Of a stretch of DNA of 64,000 nucleotides, positions 57,007-64,000 are shown in pieces (the first letter of the stretch is position 1; every line of letters begins with the position of its first letter). The notes below the pieces were generated by a model. The model did not search any database and was not told the origin of the DNA. It saw only the letters and a program-made list of their open reading frames with translations. The DNA lies in the IMG/VR virus record IMGVR_UViG_3300028654_000001, positions 1-64,000 of that record; one strand, 5' to 3'. The translations under genes and the position numbers were made by a program.

Positions 57007-57231
57007 ATGCCAAGAGAAGACCTAATTCAAATTGAAGGAACTGTAACCTCTGCCCTCGGAGGCGGTCAGTATGAGATCAAGCCACTCGACGGATCAGAAA
57101 GTATCAGAGCTCAACTCTGCGGAAAGATGAAGAAACATAACATCCGTCTGATCCTAGGGGACAAGGTGAGGGTCGGGGTACCCCCCTATGATACGAGCCA
57201 CGGCATCGTCACTTGGAAGCTCAGGAGTTAA
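57007..57231 (+). CDS. infA: Translation initiation factor IF-1
   Basis: MPREDLIQIEGTV...AQLCGKMKKHNIRLILGDKVRV...PYD...GIVTW. Confidence 0.92.
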   Translation: MPREDLIQIEGTVTSALGGGQYEIKPLDGSESIRAQLCGKMKKHNIRLILGDKVRVGVPPYDTSHGIVTWKLRS

Positions 57232-57517
57232 CCTTCCGCTCGATACTTGCAACCGCCTGCAGCATCCGGGCTCGAGCTACCGTGTTGGCCGTATGTATTA
57301 GGATCTCCGGAGCTTTGAACTCTGGGTTCCGATAAACCTCAGCCTCGAGATAGGTCAGGACATCATACCCTGTCCCGGCATTTTCGCCCAGGTCGTGGTC
57401 GAGTGAGATCACCTCACAGGGAGCTCTACGAAGCTCCCTGAGTGCGTCCAAAGCAGTCCTGACCCAAACCCATTCACTTGAGGGTGGGAACCTCTCATCA
57501 TCAAGCCAGAGCTTCAC
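57221..57517 (-). CDS. Cyclic-phosphate-processing receiver-domain protein
   Basis: KLWLDDER...ISLDHDLG...TGYD...IHTAN. Confidence 0.8.
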   Translation of the reverse strand: MKLWLDDERFPPSSEWVWVRTALDALRELRRAPCEVISLDHDLGENAGTGYDVLTYLEAEVYRNPEFKAPEILIHTANTVARARMLQAVASIERKVNS

Positions 57518-57771
57518 CTATTAAGAGCCTCATACTCAGCTATCTGCTCCTTACGCTTTCCTCGAGCGGCAAGACTCATCATCTCCAAGATCAGATTCTC
57601 AGTAGCCTCCTGCTCGGTTTCTCCCCAGGACCCAATACTTCCGAACACGGCAATGAACCCATCAGGGGCATTCGGATAAAGCTCCCTCTCCCGCTTGGCA
57701 CCCTTCGAGTCCAAGACATCCATCATGGGCTTCTTCGCAGGGTAGGTATGAAAGTTGTTTTTCGTAGGCAT
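57514..57771 (-). CDS. HicB-like domain protein
   Basis: FIAVF...SWGETEQEATENL; AAGGAG before MPTKNN. Confidence 0.5.
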   Translation of the reverse strand: MPTKNNFHTYPAKKPMMDVLDSKGAKRERELYPNAPDGFIAVFGSIGSWGETEQEATENLILEMMSLAARGKRKEQIAEYEALNR

Positions 57772-57811
57772 CGGTGCAGCTCCTTGAGGGAAAGATACAC
57801 CGATGCTACTC

Positions 57812-58189
57812 TTAGAGAATCTCGAGTGGCCCCCACCAAGCAATGCTGCCAGACTTTGAATTAAGATAAAAACAACTAATTCCAGTTATAACATATAGCC
57901 CATTTGGTTCATTCCTGACAATGGCCAACTCAGGTTCTTGTACGCCACGCTGGACTATATACATCCCGGGCACCGTTGGCGTGCCACAATGGGGAATTGA
58001 GGTCACCACTTCCAGATCGGACACTGGTGCCCCAGAAATTGTTACATCTTTTCCCACGGTTGGAAACTCATCCCACTTCACCGTGGCTATCCTATCCGAA
58101 TCAGAACCCATCAAGGTTCCTTTCCGTCCTTGGTGGACACCCTCTCGTTTAGGCCCGATGTATCGTACTCGTATCGCTTCTTTTGTCAT
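57812..58189 (-). CDS. Hypothetical protein
   Basis: CGCGTA 10 nt upstream; PTVPGMY...WWGPL module. Confidence 0.6.
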   Translation of the reverse strand: MTKEAIRVRYIGPKREGVHQGRKGTLMGSDSDRIATVKWDEFPTVGKDVTISGAPVSDLEVVTSIPHCGTPTVPGMYIVQRGVQEPELAIVRNEPNGLYVITGISCFYLNSKSGSIAWWGPLEIL

Positions 58190-58475
58190 AATATAGGAGT
58201 ACGCGCCAGCTGGGTGAATCTCACCAAATTAAACCAACGAGACTTTGAACCACTGAGGCAAGGCCATTGGTCAGGTTATCCCAACTGATGTTCGTAATAA
58301 CTGTCATCAAACTCCATACACCAGGCGCCTAAAAGTTTGTGTGAACCCGTGATCCAACCTAGGGGTTTGTACTTGTACTCAAATACGTGATAATCATTAC
58401 AAGATAGCACCAATTACTTAAATAGTTGACTAACTTTGTTGAGATCTGAGACCCTCAAACGTAATATGTAACATC

Positions 58476-58703
58476 ATGCCATACAGCAATAAGGAAAAGG
58501 CTTCTGAAGCTGAGGCTAAAGCGAGGGCAACCGCTCATCAACTTTACACTCAGGGGATGAGGCCATTGATAGGAATCAGCCCTGAGGGGAAATACAAGGG
58601 GCACTATCAGGTCAAGAGCAACAACTCCACCAATCTAACTCTGACTGTTGTAGAGACAGCCAATGGGAAACTCACAACACTTTGGGATATTCCGAGGGTA
58701 TGA
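58476..58703 (+). CDS. Hypothetical protein
   Basis: AACGTA 12 nt upstream. Confidence 0.55.
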   Translation: MPYSNKEKASEAEAKARATAHQLYTQGMRPLIGISPEGKYKGHYQVKSNNSTNLTLTVVETANGKLTTLWDIPRV

Positions 58704-59107
58704 TGGAACTCTCAACTCAACCTATTATTAGCACTTGCCTCAGTCACCTACCCAAGGACATCTGGGAAGCTCGCCTTAGTTTGTTCAGTAATTCTTTGGC
58801 TCATGAGTGTGTGGAGCGCCGCGGGTGTCAGTGGTTCATCAGTACGTCTTTTGTGGACTACTCAAATGCCTACCCTAGTGAGGAGCTTGCTTTTGAGGCT
58901 CTTAAGGAGATCATTAGCACTGAGTCACGCATCAGGGCTCTAAAAAACATCAAGGACCTTGCCAGGGCGTCCACTGTCAGTGTTCTCACCAAACGACTAC
59001 CAAACATGACTACAGCTCCCTGTCCACCACCCTGGAAAGAGGAATCCGATCTCAACCCAAAACTCCACAACCTATGGAACTTATACTTCAATGGAATCGG
59101 AAAATAG
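58700..59107 (+). CDS. Hypothetical protein
   Basis: ATGA overlap with the previous stop. Confidence 0.55.
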   Translation: MMELSTQPIISTCLSHLPKDIWEARLSLFSNSLAHECVERRGCQWFISTSFVDYSNAYPSEELAFEALKEIISTESRIRALKNIKDLARASTVSVLTKRLPNMTTAPCPPPWKEESDLNPKLHNLWNLYFNGIGK

Positions 59108-59109
59108 AC

Positions 59110-59295
59110 ATGGACAAGAACACTAAAGACCGGAGTGAGTTAGGATACCTATTAGCTGGGGACTTCATCCTCAACAGCAAAGGGCAAGCTTCTTGGAAAA
59201 CTAACTACCCAGTACTGAAGGAGATCAGAGAGGAGGCGCGTAGGCTAGGGTCATCCCGAATCTTCTACGACTCGATAACTGTCACGATGGCCTAA
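59110..59295 (+). CDS. Hypothetical protein
   Basis: ATG immediately after the previous stop. Confidence 0.5.
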   Translation: MDKNTKDRSELGYLLAGDFILNSKGQASWKTNYPVLKEIREEARRLGSSRIFYDSITVTMA

Positions 59296-59325
59296 GTGAA
59301 CTTCCTTTGATAGCCCTGAGTAGAC

Positions 59326-60663
59326 ATGGTCACCGACATTGTCATAACCCATCGGGTTGCTGAAAGATTCATCCAAGCTTCCTCCCCAATAGTGGTCAAG
59401 GAAGTGCAGGACAGGATTGAAGTTTCGGGACCTTACGACAAGATGAAGGACTTGATCCCGTACTTGAGGGGTAAGTTTGAGTATCGCGGCCAGGATCATA
59501 CTTGGTGGACACCAAGTACCAAGATGACCAACCTTAAGATGAAGAACCTTAAGAAGAAGGTTGATGAGGTCAATGGGAAGTTTGGTCCTGACCCTGTGAA
59601 GGTAGAGGAGTCCGCGGAAGCTAAGGCGGAAAGGCTTGAGGAAGCTAAGAAACTTCTCAGCAAAGCTGTTCACATGCGGGTGCCCGGACTCACCTTCAGT
59701 CCTATCGGGGTCGATGGAGCTCAGTTGACAGGGGCTCTCACTGACTTGAGGGTGGATATTAACAAGTCTGGCGGGAATTACGGACCTGAGTTCTCAAAGT
59801 TTCAAGCTCACCTAATCAAGCCGACGGAATTCGAAAATCTTTTGGAGGCGGTCGCGGATCAAGGGCGGCTTGTGGCCAAAGCCCAAGCTGACTTATCTAG
59901 CCTACTTCCACGCAAGTTCCCGAGTTTGAAGATTGATGTTGGAACCAACAATGGGAGTTACCTGCTAATAGTCTCAGGGAAAACCTACGACTTCAAGGAT
60001 GAAATCAAGAAGCGAGTACCAGTGACCTTCAATGGTCAGGGGAGCTTCTGGTGGGCTCCAATCCATCAAGTAAAGGAGGCTCAAGTAAAGGAATTAATTG
60101 AGTATCTTGAGGGTGAGGAACGGAAACTAGCCGAGAAGTGGAAGGCGGATCGGGAGCCAGCAGTTGAGAGAAAGAGGCCTAACCAAAGGGGTGAACATTG
60201 CATTAATTGTGGTGGTTGGGTAGACGCTGGTGAGGGTTATCTAGTCAACCACTACGATTCTGAAGAGGGTGACTTTGTTTGGAAGGTCAAGCACAAGGAT
60301 CCAGATGACTGCGCTAGGATTCGAAATGAGGTGAAGATTCGAAGTGAGGCAGCTAGGACTAAAGGCCAAGCTCGAAGGAACCTCATGCTCATGTGTGAGA
60401 AGTCCGAGTACTATGTGCAGGGTACTGGCCTCAAACCGCCTGGGGAGCAAGTCTGGATTGACAAGCATTCGCTTGGGTACGGCGGTGGGACCTGGGTAGT
60501 CATTGAACCCGGTGAGAGTTACTTCTGGTACGTCAACAACAATGGTGCCGACGGTGATGATTGGTCACGCAATAACGTCACTACGGGCGGAGCTGGTGCC
60601 ATTGGGTATCGACTCCCCTATACGGATGAAGCCAAAGTCTTGATTGAAGTGGCCAAAGAGTGA
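59326..60663 (+). CDS. Multi-domain protein with N-terminal RVAERF tag
   Basis: THRVAERFIQAS; two VSGxxYDxKD..W repeats; CINCG...H...C zinc site. Confidence 0.75.
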   Translation: MVTDIVITHRVAERFIQASSPIVVKEVQDRIEVSGPYDKMKDLIPYLRGKFEYRGQDHTWWTPSTKMTNLKMKNLKKKVDEVNGKFGPDPVKVEESAEAKAERLEEAKKLLSKAVHMRVPGLTFSPIGVDGAQLTGALTDLRVDINKSGGNYGPEFSKFQAHLIKPTEFENLLEAVADQGRLVAKAQADLSSLLPRKFPSLKIDVGTNNGSYLLIVSGKTYDFKDEIKKRVPVTFNGQGSFWWAPIHQVKEAQVKELIEYLEGEERKLAEKWKADREPAVERKRPNQRGEHCINCGGWVDAGEGYLVNHYDSEEGDFVWKVKHKDPDDCARIRNEVKIRSEAARTKGQARRNLMLMCEKSEYYVQGTGLKPPGEQVWIDKHSLGYGGGTWVVIEPGESYFWYVNNNGADGDDWSRNNVTTGGAGAIGYRLPYTDEAKVLIEVAKE

Positions 60664-60670
60664 GCCCTGC

Positions 60671-61015
60671 TCACTCCCAGTGTACCCCATCTGGGCTCTC
60701 AATTCGAGAAACAGTCAACCTCCCGCACTTACCACAGGGTACAGGCTCAACCTCGACCCCCTCTCGAACCGAGGTTAGGGGTATGTCGGGTACGGGTACC
60801 AATTCGTCAGTCAAGGTCACCGATCCTACACTATTCCGTTCCAAGTGACGAACATGGTGTTTGTTGAGGAGCAACCTTGATAGTTGTACACTAAGGCTAT
60901 TAGGTTGGAATGGGGTTGGAATGGTTGACCAATTAGGAGCAACCTTTGGTTTCTCCGGCTTCCATCCAGGACGAATGGTTTCCCAGTATCCTTCTAGATC
61001 GTATGTATCAGCCAT
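60671..61015 (-). CDS. N-tagged hypothetical protein
   Basis: Begins MADTYDLEGYWETIRP. Confidence 0.7.
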   Translation of the reverse strand: MADTYDLEGYWETIRPGWKPEKPKVAPNWSTIPTPFQPNSLSVQLSRLLLNKHHVRHLERNSVGSVTLTDELVPVPDIPLTSVREGVEVEPVPCGKCGRLTVSRIESPDGVHWE

Positions 61016-61131
61016 CGATCACAAGCTCTTGTGGTAGTTGGTTGGATTCACAATGACTGTGATCGTGTTCTTCATAACTAAAAGCTACACCGAGGGACCA
61101 TCCGAGGATGCACTTATAAGTCCTCTTCAAC

Positions 61132-64000
61132 ATGACGACAGAGCGGTTCTCGAATCAAGCTTCAACCATCCTAGCATCCTCAGTTGGCCCTGGTGATCTG
61201 AGTATTACGGTTCAATGTACTGCTCATTTTCCGACTCAACCTGAGTTCAGGATCCGAATTGGTCAGGAATTGATGTTGATTACCGGGGTTGCCGGAACTA
61301 CTTGGACAGTAACCAGAGGGTTTGAGGGTACCACCGCACTTCACCATGCAACGGGATCCTTAGTAGTGGCAGTTCTTACAGCAGGGGCACTTGATGAACT
61401 GAGAGCTGAGATCGAAGCTGAGATCCCCCAGGGTACCGTTCAAACAAATGACCCACGCCTATCCGATGATAGGACGGCTTCTGGAGTTAGGACAGCCACA
61501 ACTGTAGTCTCACTAGCAGGGTCCTCTGCACCACAAGTCGGTCAAGTCCCTACTGCATTGAGTAGCACCTCAGCTCACTGGGGGAATGCAGACTCCCAAT
61601 CCTATGCCAGTGCAGGGTCAGATATTGACATGTTCGTCTACATCGACGGACTTAACGGTAATGATAACAACCCAGGAACTCAAGCTCAACCGTTCAAGTC
61701 CTACACTGGGTACATGCGGCGTAATCCGTTGTTAGGTGGTAGGACCTATGGGGCACCTTCCATTGTAGCAACCAACGAATTGAGTATCCCAGTATGCCTT
61801 CAGTCAGCCTCAGAGACACTAAGGCTCATCCCAAGCGGGTTCAGTGTCAACGGTGGCAACTATGCTCCTGTAGTCTTGCGAGGTACCGCTATCACTACAC
61901 CGCATGGTCAGGCAAGTTGGCTCAACGGTCCCGCTGCAACCAGTTGGATACTCAGCAATGGAACTGAAGTATGGTCTCATCTCGATGACCCGGAGTCCTT
62001 CCTCATCTGGCAATACCGAGACTTCGTTGCTAACGCCTCTCTTACTGACACAGGCACAACAGGATCCCAACCTGATCACAAGCTCACACTGAGTGTACTC
62101 GGAATTGATAGGAAGTTTGCCCCTTATGTGGAAGGTAAACTCGAGCTAGGAGCACGGGAACCAATCGGGACAGCGTATGTTCACCCATATTTCTGGGTTG
62201 CATGTCACCAAGACGCAACTCTGATAGCGATCAATCCGGTAACTATGAAAATTGAGAAGACAGTCAATATTGACTATCTTCCAACGCGTATCCAGGTTGG
62301 TGATGACGGGTTGTTATACATCATAGCAAGTGACACACCATCTGAAGTTGCTAGTAATGTTATTGATGTAGTAAATCCGGCGACTGGTGTAATTGTGCAT
62401 CGATTCATTGGGTATCGAGCAATTGATGTATTCGTGCATGGGGGGTACATGTACCTATCCACCGATGTGAGCAGCAATCTAGCTAAGCTCAACTCTACTA
62501 CCGGAGCGTTAGTAGCTACTGTTGATATTGGTGAGGGGGCGGGTCAATTTGCTTACGCGCCTGGAGGTCCGCTGTACATATCTACTCATACGGGTTGGGA
62601 AACACAATCATCCGTTCGGATTTATGATCTCGCGACTGATACCGTAACTCATGTGATCCCCAATGTTGGACTGACCACTTACGGCATTGCCATTTGGAAC
62701 ACTACCCTACTCACTGGTAATTATGGTGACGCTGGTGGGAAAGATGTGACCTTTATTGATCTAACTACAAACACCATCAAGAAGGCAGTAGCTATAGGGA
62801 TTGGAGCCAATGTATTCGGGATTACTCCGAATAACCTTGCATTTGTTGGTTGCGCTGACTCATCTGAGGTGGTGGTTCTAGATTGCGTGGAAGAGAGAGC
62901 AGTAGCTCGTTTTGCAGTAGGAACTTACATGATTGGTGGCGTGGCTTATGGTGGGGGTTACATTCTTGCCGTTGCTGATGGGAACTACCCTCCACCAGCA
63001 GGAGCCTATGCTGGTGGTAGAGCGACTGCGATCAAAGTAGCTTCCCGAGAGGATGTTACCATCACTTGGTCTGATCCAACCTACTGGGGGGCGGCTGATG
63101 CTGCTCCAACTACTAGCAATGGTGTGAAAGCTCTCCCCAAGTCAACACTAGGTGATCTACCTTCAGATCTTGTCTTCAATGCAACTGCTCAACACATGGT
63201 TGTAGCCTACCCTCAACGCGAGGGTTTAGTTGTACTATCCCAACCAGTAACAAGAACCTCAGTTGATGTGACCAATGCCAATGGAGTAGTTGAGTCCTAC
63301 GAGGTTTGTGACACTGGAGTTGTCACAGCTTCATTCGGGATTCAACATGTGTTCACGTACATCAGGGACTACGCAGATCTACAAGGCCTACTAGTTGATA
63401 TCGACCCTACAGCATTTAATAGACTGACTGTTGCTGCATCTGGGGGTGTTGCAGGAAGAGTGCAAGGTATCTTGGCAAGGCCAGGCACACTCTCTGGAGC
63501 TGTGTCCTACTCCTATGGTCCTATACTAAAAACCGGAGGTCTTGGAGGGCTACCTTACTTTGAATGCGGGCTTAGTGCAAACCCATTCAACGCTATGAAT
63601 ATCGGCACTTCCTGGGGGGATAACCCGATCTCGACCATAACAGCAGGGTGGGCTATCTTCGTCGGACAGATGAATACCGATCCTCCAACAGCTGGTAATG
63701 GTGCCTTGATGAAAATCGGTGGCGCTCAGGGTAATTGTTCATTCGTTCCGATTAGTACTGAATACGGTGGGCCAGGTATCTTTGATGGTTTTGGCACCAC
63801 AGTCTTTAAGAATACTGGGTATCTTACAGCTGGTGCTTCTGCACAACCGTTTGAGTATCAGGTTATGAGCAAGACAAATTCATGGCAATCACGATACAAC
63901 GACACTGTTACCCATGCTGCATTCACCCCAAACGTAGTGGACTTTGCGAGTACACCCCCGACAATCTTAGGGGATAACGCCAACATCTCTGCGTTTTTCT
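61132..64000 (+). CDS. Tail fibre / RBP paralogue 3 with YVTN-like beta-propeller, 3' end beyond window
   Basis: Not in ORF track. MTTERFSNQAST...PEFRIRIGQELML; VYIDGLNGNDNNPGTQAQPFKS; propeller-like repeats (INPVTMKIEKTV, VNPATGVIV, YDLATDTVT, IDLTTNTIKKAV). Read codon by codon without a stop to about 63060; absence from the track is consistent with no stop before 64000. Confidence 0.85.
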   Translation, partial: MTTERFSNQASTILASSVGPGDLSITVQCTAHFPTQPEFRIRIGQELMLITGVAGTTWTVTRGFEGTTALHHATGSLVVAVLTAGALDELRAEIEAEIPQGTVQTNDPRLSDDRTASGVRTATTVVSLAGSSAPQVGQVPTALSSTSAHWGNADSQSYASAGSDIDMFVYIDGLNGNDNNPGTQAQPFKSYTGYMRRNPLLGGRTYGAPSIVATNELSIPVCLQSASETLRLIPSGFSVNGGNYAPVVLRGTAITTPHGQASWLNGPAATSWILSNGTEVWSHLDDPESFLIWQYRDFVANASLTDTGTTGSQPDHKLTLSVLGIDRKFAPYVEGKLELGAREPIGTAYVHPYFWVACHQDATLIAINPVTMKIEKTVNIDYLPTRIQVGDDGLLYIIASDTPSEVASNVIDVVNPATGVIVHRFIGYRAIDVFVHGGYMYLSTDVSSNLAKLNSTTGALVATVDIGEGAGQFAYAPGGPLYISTHTGWETQSSVRIYDLATDTVTHVIPNVGLTTYGIAIWNTTLLTGNYGDAGGKDVTFIDLTTNTIKKAVAIGIGANVFGITPNNLAFVGCADSSEVVVLDCVEERAVARFAVGTYMIGGVAYGGGYILAVADGNYPPPAGAYAGGRATAIKVASREDVTITWSDPTYWGAADAAPTTSNGVKALPKSTLGDLPSDLVFNATAQHMVVAYPQREGLVVLSQPVTRTSVDVTNANGVVESYEVCDTGVVTASFGIQHVFTYIRDYADLQGLLVDIDPTAFNRLTVAASGGVAGRVQGILARPGTLSGAVSYSYGPILKTGGLGGLPYFECGLSANPFNAMNIGTSWGDNPISTITAGWAIFVGQMNTDPPTAGNGALMKIGGAQGNCSFVPISTEYGGPGIFDGFGTTVFKNTGYLTAGASAQPFEYQVMSKTNSWQSRYNDTVTHAAFTPNVVDFASTPPTILGDNANISAFF

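Noticed and set aside
61819-62492. Short ORFs listed in the track in this region
   Set aside because: They are shadow ORFs inside the long plus-strand fibre gene starting at 61132.
1-64000. tRNA/rRNA genes, alternative genetic code, or a cellular chromosome origin
   Set aside because: No cloverleaf or rRNA-like segment was recognised by eye (tRNAscan not run). Known genes are full length in code 11 with all three stops used. Gene density, orphan content and fibre genes favour a phage, although no hallmark capsid or terminase gene lies in this window.

Overview
This window reads as part of a large (jumbo-type) bacteriophage genome. It is densely packed with short, frequently strand-switching, mostly unknown ORFs. 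Recognisable accessory genes are Ung, two DNA MTases, an NT5C nucleotidase, a nucleoside hydrolase, IF-1, MoeB/ThiF, a papain-like protease and a NitT/TauT ABC operon with an OmpA-fused binding protein. Virion-type genes are a collagen-like fibre and three tail-fibre/RBP paralogues; two of these are missing from the ORF track because they run off the window ends. No capsid, terminase, tRNA, rRNA or CRISPR array was seen. Weak cues point to a Myxococcota/deltaproteobacterial host. The main unexplained signal is three short peptide tags on otherwise unrelated proteins. (1) A C-terminal [PL]-[TS]-R-[FL]-[ED]-[RK]-[IV]-L tag occurs on 19 ORFs. (2) An N-terminal acidic D-[IL]-E-x-[YF]-W-x-x-[IL]-R-P tag occurs on 8 ORFs. 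(3) An N-terminal R-V-A-x-R-[FY]-x-x-A tag occurs on 3 large, probably virion-packaged proteins. Tags 1 and 2 vary synonymously in DNA, so they are conserved as peptides, and one adjacent paralogue pair carries tag 1 on one copy and tag 2 on the other. Two promoter-like classes are also visible: (C)GGTGTA 9-15 nt before the starts of small genes, and a CTTAT-like element before virion-type genes. Family names come from motif recognition by eye; no database search was run.
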